64,000 nt of DNA from Candidatus Caldifonticola tengchongensis (GCA_031432545.1 JAVKGX010000001.1:6411-70410), one strand, 5' to 3'. Positions 50,178-59,841 are shown, numbered from the stretch's first letter. The notes: generated by a model not told the origin, from the letters alone. Made by a program: numbers and translations.

Positions 50178-51400
50178 TCGGCGAGGGCTGGATCGCGCTT
50201 GGCGCGGCGGTGCTGCTGGCCGGGATCCTGGCGCGCCACCCCGTCCCCGTCACACTCGGCGCGGTGGTCCTGCTGGCGGCGCTGAGCAGCCGGCTGTGGG
50301 ACCGCTACGGTTTCCATCGCCTCGAGTACCGCCGGCGCTTCAGCCCCCGCCGCGCGTTCGTCGGCGAGCCGATCACTTTCGCGATGGAGGTCACCAACCG
50401 CAAGGCCCTGCCCCTCGCGTGGCTGGAGGTCCACGACGAGATCCCCCAGGCCCTCCGACCGGTGCGCAGCCGCACGCTCCCTTCTCCCCGTCAGCGCCGT
50501 AAGATCCTCGTGGACATGTTCTCGTTGCGGTGGTACGAGCGGGTGCGCCGCAAGCACGTCCTGCGCTGCACCGCGCGCGGCGACTTCCAGTTGGGGCCGG
50601 CGCGGTTGCGCACCGGCGACGTCTTCGGCTTCCACACGCAGGCCCGGGAAGTTCCCTCCACCGACCGGCTCATCGTCTATCCGCGCGTGGTGCCTCTGCG
50701 CGACCTCGGCCTGCCCGCCGAACACCCCTTCGGCGACGCACGACGCCGTAGACCGTTGTTCGAAGACCCCCTGCGCGTGATCGGTGTCCGCGACTACCAG
50801 CCCGGGGATCCTATGCGCAGGGTTCACTGGAAGGCGACCGCACACAACGGGCGGCTGCAGGCCAAGCTCTACGAGTTCGCCACCACGCGGCCGCTGGCGT
50901 TGTTCTGCGACGTGGACACGCTCGGTGAGTACGCGCACTACCGCGGATACATACCCGACCTGCTGGAGACGACGATCGTCGTTGCGGCGTCCGTCGCAGC
51001 CTGGGCATACGGCCAGGGCCATCCCGTCGGAATGTACGCCAACGGCTTCACGCCCCAAGCGCGGTCGTGGGTGGCCCTGCCCCCCGACGCCGGACCCGCT
51101 CAACTGGCACGCATCCTGGAGGCGCTCGCGAAGCTGCTGCCGACCCCCATGCTGCCGGCGGACGCGTTGCTCGCCGAAGAGGCCAGGCGGCTGCCGTACG
51201 GGGCGACGGCGGTGCTGATCACCTCCACGCCGGACCAGGCCAAGGACGTGGCTCTCGGCGATCTCGCGCGGCGCGGTTTCGGGATCGCGGCGGTTCTGGT
51301 GGGGCGGCGGGCGGCGCGGTACGCGCCGCGCCACGTGGACGTCGTGCATCGCGTCGCGGACGACCGGTGGGACCGCATCGATGAGCTACCACCGGCTTAG
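50174..51400 (+). CDS. DUF58-domain protein (MoxR partner, VWA-like)
   Basis: N-terminal TM pair and the DUF58 core (VRDYQPGDPMRRVHWKATA). ATGA overlap with moxR. Confidence 0.75.
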   Translation: MIGEGWIALGAAVLLAGILARHPVPVTLGAVVLLAALSSRLWDRYGFHRLEYRRRFSPRRAFVGEPITFAMEVTNRKALPLAWLEVHDEIPQALRPVRSRTLPSPRQRRKILVDMFSLRWYERVRRKHVLRCTARGDFQLGPARLRTGDVFGFHTQAREVPSTDRLIVYPRVVPLRDLGLPAEHPFGDARRRRPLFEDPLRVIGVRDYQPGDPMRRVHWKATAHNGRLQAKLYEFATTRPLALFCDVDTLGEYAHYRGYIPDLLETTIVVAASVAAWAYGQGHPVGMYANGFTPQARSWVALPPDAGPAQLARILEALAKLLPTPMLPADALLAEEARRLPYGATAVLITSTPDQAKDVALGDLARRGFGIAAVLVGRRAARYAPRHVDVVHRVADDRWDRIDELPPA

Positions 51401-52802
51401 GGCTTGGTTGCCCGCCGGCACGCTGCTGATGGAGGCGTGCTGGGTGTGGCCGTGGGCGCTGGCGCTGGGCTACGCCAGCGGGAGCGCTCGGCCGCTGCTG
51501 GATCTGCCCTGGATCCTGGTTTTGCTGGGGGCTTCCACGTACGGAACGCGTTGGATCCTCGGGCGCGCCGACCTGCGCGCAGCGAGGGGGGCGATCCTCG
51601 CGTGCGGCGCCGTGCTCGGATTTCTGTCCCTGCACGGCACGCACTTCTCCCACCGCCCGCTCACGGACTGGGGGTGGGTGGCCGAACTCCTCGACACCGT
51701 GACGCTCGGCAGGCAAGGCCCCGCGGTGCCGCTCGGCGGTGGGCTGGGCATGTACCTGTGGTGGCGCGGCATCGTGCTGGGTACAGAGCCCCACGACTTC
51801 GCCTTCGTCGGCCGGCGATTCGTGTGGGGGTTGGTGATGCTGGTGCTGTTCGCCTTCGTCGTAGTCTTCGCCGGTCGCAGCGATGTGGTTGTCTGGTCGC
51901 TGGACCGCGGCGGCTGGGCGTTGTTGGCGTTCTGGATTGTCGCGTTGTTGGTCCTCGCCTCGGCCCGGCTCGTAGCGGTGTGGGAGGAAAGCCGCACCGC
52001 ACATGCCCAGGCGCTGCAGCTGAACCGCAACTGGTACGCGGTGCTCACGGGCGTGATCGCGGCGATCCTGGTGTTGTCCGTCGCCGCCGGAGTTCTGGCA
52101 GCCCAGGACGTGGGGTGGCTACTGCGCCCCGTCGGCGCGGCAGCCGAGTGGCTCCTGCTGCGCGTGCTGGAGGTCGTGTTCGCGATTTTGGTGCCGATCG
52201 TCAAACTGGTGCACCGCGTGCTGTCCGCCCTGCCGTGGCGCCCAAGGACACTGCCACAGCGAGAAGCGTTTTCGCCCGCGGACGAGATCGCCGCGTGGCT
52301 GAGGTCTCTGCAGGCGCAGGACGCAACGGCAGTGGTGGCGTTGCGCTGGACCGCATTTCTCGTCGTGTTCGGACTGCTGCTGGCGGTCATGGCGCTGTAC
52401 GTCTTGCGTCGGCGCACGGCGGCGCACGGTGAGCAGACCGAAGAGCGCGAATCGGTCTTCTCCGGCGAGTTGCTGTTGGCCGAGCTGCGCTCGCTGTTCC
52501 GCCGCGCGCCCCACCCGCGCGACCCGGAAGCCCCGTCCGGTGCGGTCGGCGCGGTCCGGCGCGCGTATCGGGCCTTCCTGTTGCACATGGCGACGGTGGG
52601 TTACCCGCGGGATCCGGCCAGCACACCGACGGAGTATCTCGCCTCGGTGCACACCTTCCTCGCGGGGGGTCAATCGGCGGCTCGATCCCTGACCGACCTC
52701 TACCAGCGCGCCCGATACGGGGAGATTGCAGATCAAGCCGACGCGCGCCGAGCCCTGGAGTGGCTGGCGATGCTCATCGAACAGCCGGACGCCGAACGCT
52801 AA
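51381..52802 (+). CDS. polytopic membrane protein with C-terminal DUF4129-like domain
   Basis: Multiple TM helices. The C-terminus (TPTEYL...SLTDLYQRARYGEIADQAD...EWL) resembles DUF4129. It overlaps the DUF58 stop. Confidence 0.5.
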   Translation: MSYHRLRAWLPAGTLLMEACWVWPWALALGYASGSARPLLDLPWILVLLGASTYGTRWILGRADLRAARGAILACGAVLGFLSLHGTHFSHRPLTDWGWVAELLDTVTLGRQGPAVPLGGGLGMYLWWRGIVLGTEPHDFAFVGRRFVWGLVMLVLFAFVVVFAGRSDVVVWSLDRGGWALLAFWIVALLVLASARLVAVWEESRTAHAQALQLNRNWYAVLTGVIAAILVLSVAAGVLAAQDVGWLLRPVGAAAEWLLLRVLEVVFAILVPIVKLVHRVLSALPWRPRTLPQREAFSPADEIAAWLRSLQAQDATAVVALRWTAFLVVFGLLLAVMALYVLRRRTAAHGEQTEERESVFSGELLLAELRSLFRRAPHPRDPEAPSGAVGAVRRAYRAFLLHMATVGYPRDPASTPTEYLASVHTFLAGGQSAARSLTDLYQRARYGEIADQADARRALEWLAMLIEQPDAER

Positions 52803-52815
52803 AAGGGCCGTCTCC

Positions 52816-53688
52816 ATGGGCATTGCTCAGCGGTGGATCGACGTCGACGGGCTGCAGGTCCGGTACCTCGAGGGGGGCAGGGGAGATCCGCTGGTCCTGC
52901 TGCACGGCGCCGGTGCGGACAGCGCCGCGCTGAGCTGGAAACACACCTTCGGCCCGCTCAGCCAGGTGGCGCACATCTACGCGCCGGACCTGCCCGGCCA
53001 CGGAGGCAGCAGGATGCTGCCCGGTCCGCCCACGACCGAGGCCTTCGTCGAATGGCTGACCCGCACGCTGGACGCGTGGGGCCTACGGCGCGTCCGCCTC
53101 GTCGGCCTGTCTTTGGGCGGGGCGATCGCACTCGGACACACGCTCACCCACCCGCAGCGCACCGAGCGGCTGGTCCTGGTGAGCAGTTACGGACTGCAGC
53201 AGCGCGCACCGCTGCACGCACCCGTCTGGCTGCTGGCCCGCCTGCCCGGGTTCGAGCGGGTCCTTGCCTGGGCGAGGCTGCGCCGCATCACCCCCATCGT
53301 GCGCCTGGGGTTGCGGTTCGTCGTCGGAGAGAAGCGGGCGATTACGCCCGATCTGCTCTCCGACGTCTCGGAGGCGGCGCGGTCCCAGAACGCGGCGCGG
53401 GTCTTCTACGCGTGGCTGCGCACCGAACTGCAGGTGGGGAGGCTGCGAACCTTCTACGGGGAGCGGCTGCACCGGGTCGGCGTCCCCACGCTGATCGTGC
53501 ACGGTGAGCGTGACCGCCTCGTCCCGGTCGAGTGGGCCCGACGGGCCGCCGCGCGCATGCCGAACGCGCGCCTGTGCATCCTCGCGGGCTGCGGCCACTG
53601 GCCCCCTCGCGAGCGCCCGGGGCAGTTCAACCGGTTGCTGACAGATTTCCTCGACGGAGCAGGAGTGCCTTCCCTTGCCCGCCGCTAG
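52816..53688 (+). CDS. alpha/beta-fold hydrolase
   Basis: HGAGADS region, nucleophile elbow GLSLGG, and a C-terminal His in GCGHW. Confidence 0.7.
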   Translation: MGIAQRWIDVDGLQVRYLEGGRGDPLVLLHGAGADSAALSWKHTFGPLSQVAHIYAPDLPGHGGSRMLPGPPTTEAFVEWLTRTLDAWGLRRVRLVGLSLGGAIALGHTLTHPQRTERLVLVSSYGLQQRAPLHAPVWLLARLPGFERVLAWARLRRITPIVRLGLRFVVGEKRAITPDLLSDVSEAARSQNAARVFYAWLRTELQVGRLRTFYGERLHRVGVPTLIVHGERDRLVPVEWARRAAARMPNARLCILAGCGHWPPRERPGQFNRLLTDFLDGAGVPSLARR

Positions 53689-54640
53689 CCAGCACACGCT
53701 GTTCGAACCCGGACCTGCGGCCCGGCCGTTGCGGATCGCCGGCACCGAGGTCTACGCCGGTACGTGTTCGTGGGCCGACCCGCACTTCGTCAAGGAAGGC
53801 GAGTTCTATCCGCAGGGCGTGCGCAGCAGACCGGACGCGCGGCTGAAGTACTATGCGACGGTCTTCCCCACCGTGGAGATCGACGCGACCTACTACGCGT
53901 TGCTGCCGCCCGAGTACGCCCGACGCTACGCGCAGTGGACCCCCGACGGGTTCGTGTTCCACGTCAAGGCCTTCGGGCTGTTCACCGGCCACGGCGCGGA
54001 CCCGCGGCGGCTCCCGCGGCACATCGCCGAATTCCTGCCCGCCGAGCTGTATGGTCGACGCCGCATCGCCGACGAAGACCTGCCCGAGGAAGTGGAGACG
54101 ATGTGCTGGGAGTACTTCCTGGAGTTCTTGCGCGGGCTGCGGGACGCGGACCGACTCGGATACGTGCTGTTCCAGTTCCCCCCGTGGCAGAAGTACTACG
54201 AGAAGTGGCCCCGGCGCGCGAGCTACCTGCGGCGCATGCTCGAAGGGTACCGCATGGCCGTGGAGTTCCGGCACCGCTCGTGGCTGGACCCGGCCCACCG
54301 CGATGCGGTGTTGCGGTCGCTGCGCGAACACGGCGTGATCTACGTCGTGCCCGACGAACCGCAGCTGGACTGGACGGTTCCCCCCGACGTCGAGATCACC
54401 TCGGACTGGTCGGTCGTACGGTTCCATGGGCGGAACGCCCAGGCGTGGGCGAAGCGCGGGGCGGAGACGAAGGAGGTCTACGACTACCTATACTCCGAAA
54501 AGGAACTGCGCGCGTGGGCCGAGCGGACCCGGGAGATCGCCGGACGGGTGGACCGGGTGTTCATGATGTTCAACAACCATGTGCGCGGAAATTCTGCACG
54601 CAACGCCCAGATGATCCTGCAACTCCTTGCGGGGCCCTGA
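53675..54640 (+). CDS. DUF72-family protein
   Basis: DUF72/UPF0759 pattern (IAGTEVYAGTCSWADPHF...YYATVFPTVEIDATYY). Start uncertain (TTG 53675 overlaps the upstream stop). Confidence 0.7.
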   Translation: MPAASQHTLFEPGPAARPLRIAGTEVYAGTCSWADPHFVKEGEFYPQGVRSRPDARLKYYATVFPTVEIDATYYALLPPEYARRYAQWTPDGFVFHVKAFGLFTGHGADPRRLPRHIAEFLPAELYGRRRIADEDLPEEVETMCWEYFLEFLRGLRDADRLGYVLFQFPPWQKYYEKWPRRASYLRRMLEGYRMAVEFRHRSWLDPAHRDAVLRSLREHGVIYVVPDEPQLDWTVPPDVEITSDWSVVRFHGRNAQAWAKRGAETKEVYDYLYSEKELRAWAERTREIAGRVDRVFMMFNNHVRGNSARNAQMILQLLAGP

Positions 54641-54654
54641 CGGGCCCACCGGGC

Positions 54655-56454
54655 TCACAGCGGCCACACCCAAAGGACGAGGGGGATGCCGACGGCGACG
54701 ATGATCCCCTCCAGGGGCAGGCCCATCCTCCAGTAGTCCCCGAACCGGTAGCCGCCCGGTCCCATCACGAGCGTATTGGACTGGTGTCCGATCGGCGTCA
54801 GGAAGGCGCACGATGCGCCGACCGCCACGGCCATCAAAAACGGGTCTGCGGACGCCCCAATCCCCTGTGCCGTCCGGATGGCGATCGGCGCCATCAGCAC
54901 GGCGGCGGCGGCGTTGTTCACCAGATCCGAGAGGAACATCGTGCCGACCAGAACGATCACCAGCGTCACAGGCCCCGGCATCTGCTCGGCGGCGCCGAGG
55001 ATCCATCCGGCGATGCGTTCCGCGCCACCGGTGGCCTCCAGTGCCTGACCGACCGGGATCATCGTCGCCAGCAGGACGATCACCGACCAGTCGATGCTGT
55101 CGTAGGCTTCCTGCAGCTTCACGATCCCCAACAGCACGAACGCGGCTGCGCCGGCCACCACAGCTACCTGAACCGGCAGCAGCCCGGTTGCGGCCGCCGC
55201 GATCGCACCGCCGAACACCGCCACCGAGAGCAGCATCCGCCGGGGCCCGAAGCGCACGCCGCGCTGGGCGAGGGGCAGGCAGCCCAGATCTGCGACGACC
55301 CCGGCCAGGCCGTCGGCGGTTCCCTGGAGGAGCATGACGTCACCGGCCCGCAGCCGCAGACTCTTCAGGCGCTGCCGAACCTCCGCGCCCTGCCGTGCCA
55401 CAGCCAGCAGGTTCACCCCGTAGCGCCACCTCAGATTCAGACTGCGGGCGGTGGCGCCCTCCAACTTCGACCGCGGCATCACCACCGCTTCCATCAGTTC
55501 CATCGGGTCCGAGGACGGTTGGCCCGCCTCCCCGACGGGCTTGCTCTCCGCCAGCTCCAGCTGGGCTCTGTGCAGCAATCCCTCCAGATCGTTCGAGTCC
55601 GCTCTGACCACCAGCACGTCACCGCTTTGGAGCGGCTCCGTCCGACGCGGGGTGGGGATTCGCCTGCCCCCGCGCACGATCTCGAGCACGTCCACCTCGA
55701 GCTCGTCGATGGATTCGAGGTCGCCGACGCTATGCCCGGTCATGTTGGATCCTTCGGGCACGCGCAGTTCGGCGACGTAGTCCCGTACGTGGAACTCGTT
55801 GGCTGCGACCTGGCCCTTGCGCTGCGGGATCAGGCGCCAGCCCACCAGGACCACGAACGCGATGCCCGCCAGCGCCACCCCAGCACCCACCGGCGTGAAG
55901 TCGAACATCCCGAACGGACGCCCTGCGACGTCGGCACGGAAGGTCGCGATGATGATGTTGGGCGGCGTGCCGATCAGCGTGGTCATCCCCCCGAGCAACG
56001 ATCCGAAGGCGAGCGGCATGAGGAACATCGACGGCGGTGCGCCGGCCTGCCGTGCGAGGCGGACGGCCACGGGCATCAGCAGGGCGAGCGCGCCGACGTT
56101 GTTCATGAACGCCGACAGGAAGGCGACCAGGACGGTGACCCCTGCCAGGTGCACCAGCGGACGATTGCCGATCCGAAGGATGCCGCCGGCGATCGCGCCG
56201 ACGGCGCCGGAGTGCATCAGTCCCCGGCTGAGGATGAGCACCGCGGCGACGGTGACGACCGCCGGATGCCCGAATCCGCCGAACGCCTGACCCGCCGGCA
56301 CGATCCCGACGAGCGTCAGCGTCAGCAGGGCGAGCAGCGCAACGAGGTCGTAGCGCCAGTGCCCGACGAGGAACCCGACCAGGGCGGCGACGAGCACGAC
56401 GAACACCACGAACTCGGCCGCCCCTTCCGACAGGACCACCATCGAGGGTCGCAT
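54655..56454 (-). CDS. SLC13/DASS-family anion permease with two central TrkA-C (RCK_C) domains
   Basis: N- and C-terminal transporter halves with hairpin motifs (GTPPN, GHQSN) flank two TrkA-C-like soluble domains. Start Met is uncertain (56454, 56442 or 56493). Confidence 0.65.
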   Translation of the reverse strand: MRPSMVVLSEGAAEFVVFVVLVAALVGFLVGHWRYDLVALLALLTLTLVGIVPAGQAFGGFGHPAVVTVAAVLILSRGLMHSGAVGAIAGGILRIGNRPLVHLAGVTVLVAFLSAFMNNVGALALLMPVAVRLARQAGAPPSMFLMPLAFGSLLGGMTTLIGTPPNIIIATFRADVAGRPFGMFDFTPVGAGVALAGIAFVVLVGWRLIPQRKGQVAANEFHVRDYVAELRVPEGSNMTGHSVGDLESIDELEVDVLEIVRGGRRIPTPRRTEPLQSGDVLVVRADSNDLEGLLHRAQLELAESKPVGEAGQPSSDPMELMEAVVMPRSKLEGATARSLNLRWRYGVNLLAVARQGAEVRQRLKSLRLRAGDVMLLQGTADGLAGVVADLGCLPLAQRGVRFGPRRMLLSVAVFGGAIAAAATGLLPVQVAVVAGAAAFVLLGIVKLQEAYDSIDWSVIVLLATMIPVGQALEATGGAERIAGWILGAAEQMPGPVTLVIVLVGTMFLSDLVNNAAAAVLMAPIAIRTAQGIGASADPFLMAVAVGASCAFLTPIGHQSNTLVMGPGGYRFGDYWRMGLPLEGIIVAVGIPLVLWVWPL

Positions 56455-56491
56455 TTGGCCGACGACCCGAGGACTCCTGCCGCAGGTCGCC

Positions 56492-57448
56492 ATGGTATAC
56501 ACTCTCAACCGGAACGCCATGCACACGCCCACCCTGCAGGACGTCCTCGATGCCGAACGGCGCATCGCCCCCTACGTACTGCGCACCCCGCTCGCGCAGA
56601 TGTGGAGCGCGGGGATCCGCGCCAAGCTGGAGTCGCTGCAGGTCACCGGGTCGTTCAAGCCCCGGGGAGCCTTCCACCACCTGCTGCGCCGCCTCCAGGT
56701 CTGCCGCAACGGCGTGATCACGGCCTCGTCGGGCAACCACGGGCAGGCGGTCGCCTACGCTGCCCGCGAACTCGGGCTGAAGGCGACCGTCGTCGTGCCG
56801 GAGGACGTCGTGGCCGTCAAGGCCGAGGCGATCGAGCGCCTGGGCGCGGAGTTGATCCGACATGGTCTGACCACAGCGGACAGGATGGCCTTCGCGCTGC
56901 AGTTGGCCCACGAGCGTGGGCTGCACTACGCGCCGCCCTACGACGACGCCGACGTGATCACCGGTCAGGGCACGATCGGCCTGGAGGTCCTCAACGAGTT
57001 CCCCGAAGTCCAAGTCGTCTACGTCCCATGCGGCGGGGGCGGCCTGATCTCCGGCGTCTCACTGGCGATCAAGACGCTGCGTCCGGACGTACGGGTCGTC
57101 GGCGTCGAACCCGAGGGCGCCGCGTGCTTCTGTGCCTCCTGGAAGGCCGGACGTCGCGTCCGCCTGGACCGCGTGCACAGCATCGCCGACGGGCTGCGAG
57201 CGGTCGAGCCCGGGGAGTTGACCTGGGCCTGTGCGTCGAGGTACGTGGACGAGTTCGTCACCGTGAGCGAGGAGGACATCCGCGCGGCGATGCGCCGCCT
57301 GCTCACAGAAGTCAAGGTCCTGGCAGAACCCTCCGGCGCCGTCGCACCCGCCGCGGCCTTCGCCGCCCCAGACCCCCGCCGCGCGGTCGCCATCGTCAGC
57401 GGCGGCAACATCGACCCGACCCTCTTGCGTGACATCGCAGGACCCTGA
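56492..57448 (+). CDS. PLP-dependent threonine/serine dehydratase
   Basis: PLP lysine motif GSFKPRG and a Gly-rich loop in the tryptophan-synthase-beta-like fold. Alternative start at ATG 56519. Confidence 0.75.
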   Translation: MVYTLNRNAMHTPTLQDVLDAERRIAPYVLRTPLAQMWSAGIRAKLESLQVTGSFKPRGAFHHLLRRLQVCRNGVITASSGNHGQAVAYAARELGLKATVVVPEDVVAVKAEAIERLGAELIRHGLTTADRMAFALQLAHERGLHYAPPYDDADVITGQGTIGLEVLNEFPEVQVVYVPCGGGGLISGVSLAIKTLRPDVRVVGVEPEGAACFCASWKAGRRVRLDRVHSIADGLRAVEPGELTWACASRYVDEFVTVSEEDIRAAMRRLLTEVKVLAEPSGAVAPAAAFAAPDPRRAVAIVSGGNIDPTLLRDIAGP

Positions 57449-57473
57449 GCCCACCGCCCTGTTCCAAGAAATT

Positions 57474-57487
57474 CGTACGTACGTTCG
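57474..57487. promoter_or_regulatory. candidate LexA box 1 (Cheo-like, CGTAC-N4-GTTCG; other strand reads CGAAC-GTAC-GTACG)
   Basis: One mismatch from the Gram-positive Cheo consensus CGAACNNNNGTTCG. It lies 126 nt upstream of lexA. Confidence 0.4.
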
Positions 57488-57565
57488 CAGATAGGAAAAC
57501 ACGAGCAATCGAGTGATCCAAGAAGCCGCGCGGGTGTGGTGCCCTTTCGCCGGCCCAGGGGTGAC

Positions 57566-57595
57566 TTGCAGAGGCGTACGCTTGTTCGCTATTAT
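57566..57595 (+). promoter_or_regulatory. candidate sigma-70-type promoter of lexA (TTGCAG-18-TATTAT)
   Basis: Hexamers with 18-nt spacing lie 18-47 nt upstream of the lexA ATG. The spacer contains the second LexA box. Confidence 0.3.
57575..57588. promoter_or_regulatory. candidate LexA box 2 (CGTAC-GCTT-GTTCG) overlapping the promoter spacer/-10
   Basis: Same half-sites as box 1, and autoregulatory placement. Confidence 0.4.
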
Positions 57596-57612
57596 GCAGC
57601 CGGAGGTGTGGT

Positions 57613-58248
57613 ATGACCCGGCTCAGCAGACGGCAAAGGCAGGTCCTCGACTTCCTGAGGAGTTCGATCGAACGGAGCGGCATCGTCCCAAGCGTACGAG
57701 AGGTGGCCTCCGCGCTGGGCCTGCGGTCGGCGGCCACCGCCCAGCAGCACATCGACGGTCTAATCCGCAAGGGCTACCTCCGACGCCTGCCAGACCGCAT
57801 GCGGGCGCTGGAGATCCTGCACCCCCACTTCGCGGTCGCAGGGACGGCCGTAGTCCGACTGCCTGTCCTGGGGCGGGTGACAGCCGGCCGGGGCGCGGTG
57901 GCGGACGACGCCGTCGAAGAATTCCTGCCCGTCCCGCGGCACCTGGGCTGGCAGGAAGGGTGCTTCATCCTGCGGGTGCGGGGCGACAGCATGATCGGGG
58001 CCGGCATCTTCGACGGCGACATGGTCATCGTCAGGCGGCAGGACAGCGTGCCCGCCGGTCGGGTCGTCGTCGCCCTGATCGGGGAAGAAGCGACCGTCAA
58101 GCGCCTGCACCTAGAGGACGGCACGCCGGTCCTGGTGGCGGAGAATCCCGCCTACCCGCCGATCCGCGAGGAGTTCTCGATCCTCGGCCAGGTCGTCGGT
58201 CTCATCCGCCGATACGACGGATTCAGGCATCGAGGGCCGGTGTCGTGA
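57613..58248 (+). CDS. lexA: LexA repressor
   Basis: Winged-HTH N-terminus, Ala-Gly cleavage site (VAGTAV region), and the S24 peptidase Ser/Lys (GDSM...VKRL). GGAGGTG RBS. Confidence 0.9.
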   Translation: MTRLSRRQRQVLDFLRSSIERSGIVPSVREVASALGLRSAATAQQHIDGLIRKGYLRRLPDRMRALEILHPHFAVAGTAVVRLPVLGRVTAGRGAVADDAVEEFLPVPRHLGWQEGCFILRVRGDSMIGAGIFDGDMVIVRRQDSVPAGRVVVALIGEEATVKRLHLEDGTPVLVAENPAYPPIREEFSILGQVVGLIRRYDGFRHRGPVS

Positions 58249-58424
58249 GCTTGACGCTGCCCGCACATGCCGTATCGGCGCAGCCGGCCCCGCGAGGCCG
58301 CTCCGCCAGCACCCGGCCGACCCTGTGGCGCAAACTGCGGGACGACCGCAGCCTGATCCGGTTGAAGCTCATCGCGCTCGGACTGCTGTTCGTGGTGGCC
58401 GGAGTCCTCGAGCGGGCCGTCTGA
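58245..58424 (+). CDS. small single-pass membrane protein, translationally coupled to lexA
   Basis: The GTG overlaps the lexA TGA (GTGA). It encodes 59 aa with a basic N-terminal region followed by a TM helix, LIRLKLIALGLLFVVAGVL. There is no homology call. Confidence 0.35.
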   Translation: MSLTLPAHAVSAQPAPRGRSASTRPTLWRKLRDDRSLIRLKLIALGLLFVVAGVLERAV

Positions 58425-58513
58425 TCGACGGGGGCGACGGGAAGCGGGCGTCAAGGGTCCAGCAGGGCTGTTGCGGGAACTCCGCGGTGCTGGCGGGCGT
58501 TCAGGTAACGGAG

Positions 58514-58966
58514 ATGGCTCGGCGATCCACAGTCCACATCCTAATCGGCGCCATCCCGATTCCGGGTGGCACTGCCTACGGGGTCGTCTTCCGCGACGGT
58601 GCGGGTAGGACGCTGCACCAGCTGGCCCGCCGAACCGCCCATACCGACCCCCGCGGGGCGGTGCTCGCGGCGATGTTGCGCGCGCTGTGGGTCGCACGCC
58701 GGTTCGGCCGCACCGTGCGCGTCGCCGCGGATCAGCCTGAGGTGGTGGACTGGCTCAACCGGAGGGCCGAACCGGACGATGGGTTCCTCGCAACCTTCGT
58801 GCAGATCCGCGCGCTCGCCCACTCGTATCGCAGGGTCGAGATCGCACAGGCGACCGAGGAGGAGCACCGGGCCGTCCGGGCGGTCGCCGAACGCCGGGCG
58901 TCTCCCGCGCAGGTCGGTGCACAAGAGGCGGACAGCCTCCTGCCTTTGTGGAGCGGTGCCGGCTGA
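58514..58966 (+). CDS. RNase H-like domain protein
   Basis: 150 aa. The VHILIGAIPIPGGTAYGVVFRDG... pattern resembles RNase HI-type folds. AACGGAG RBS before ATG 58514. Confidence 0.4.
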   Translation: MARRSTVHILIGAIPIPGGTAYGVVFRDGAGRTLHQLARRTAHTDPRGAVLAAMLRALWVARRFGRTVRVAADQPEVVDWLNRRAEPDDGFLATFVQIRALAHSYRRVEIAQATEEEHRAVRAVAERRASPAQVGAQEADSLLPLWSGAG

Positions 58967-58995
58967 TCCGGCTGCCTCGTTCCGTCACGGGCGGC

Positions 58996-59496
58996 TCACC
59001 GGCGCGCGGCGCCGAGTGGCCGTGCCATCACCAACGCCCAGTACGTCTCGTACCTGCCTCCCGTCACACGCGCCGCTCCGGCCTCGCTGAACCGCGCGTC
59101 CATGATGATGCGGCAGTGGCCCGGACTGCCCAGCCAGGCCGCCACCGTCTCGGCGGCACCCGGATACCCGGCGGCGATGTTCTCCCCCACCAGGGTCCAG
59201 ATGTAGCCGGTGCGCGTGACCCTCTCGCGCGGGTCACTGCGATCCGATCCGATGTGGGAGAAAAAGCCGTTTTTGGCCATGTCCGCGGCGTGCCCCTCCG
59301 CGGCGCGGGCCAGCCGGGGTTCGGCCGTCACCGCACTCGCCGGTCCGAAGTGCCCGTGGCCGCACGGGCGCGGCCGCGATCGGGCCTCGTTGACAAGCAC
59401 GATCACCCGGGACGCCTCATGCCCGGGGTGTGCGAGCACCGGGGCGCCCAGGCCCGCCGCGAGCAGGGACGTTGCGAGCAGCAAGGTGGCCTTCAT
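58996..59496 (-). CDS. secreted CAP/SCP/PR-1-like domain protein
   Basis: Signal peptide and CAP-domain motifs (HxxxxNxxR-like VLVNEARS, GHFSHIG..., GENIAAGY). Confidence 0.65.
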   Translation of the reverse strand: MKATLLLATSLLAAGLGAPVLAHPGHEASRVIVLVNEARSRPRPCGHGHFGPASAVTAEPRLARAAEGHAADMAKNGFFSHIGSDRSDPRERVTRTGYIWTLVGENIAAGYPGAAETVAAWLGSPGHCRIIMDARFSEAGAARVTGGRYETYWALVMARPLGAARR

Positions 59497-59616
59497 GGCT
59501 TCCTGGATTCTTGGAGCAAGCGGCGGGCCACCGGACCCTCGACCGTGCCAGCTGACAGGGACACGGGCACCACGGACCGAACCCCCGTCCTCAGGACAGC
59601 CATAAGGAGGTCACCC

Positions 59617-59841
59617 ATGGCCGGAAGCTGGGATCGGATCGTCGGGATTCGGGACCTGATCCACAAGGCCGGGCTCGACCCGGACAACCCGGACGACTTC
59701 GGGCGGGCCGTCAACTGGTTGAGGACGCGCAAGATTCCCTTCGCGTCCATCGGCAAGGCGACAAAGGGCCGACGCCGCGGTATCCTGCTTTTGGCCGAGC
59801 ACGTCGAGGCAGCAATCGCCAGCAAGCGTCGCGCCGATTGA
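59617..59841 (+). CDS. small basic hypothetical protein (74 aa)
   Basis: Very strong RBS AAGGAGG 6 nt before the ATG. No recognisable domain, possibly DNA-binding. Confidence 0.35.
   Translation: MAGSWDRIVGIRDLIHKAGLDPDNPDDFGRAVNWLRTRKIPFASIGKATKGRRRGILLLAEHVEAAIASKRRAD

Noticed and set aside
53764-57432. 1222-aa plus-strand ORF
   Set aside because: It runs through DUF72 in an alternate frame, antisense through the SLC13 transporter, and in an alternate frame of the dehydratase. The translation is low-complexity.
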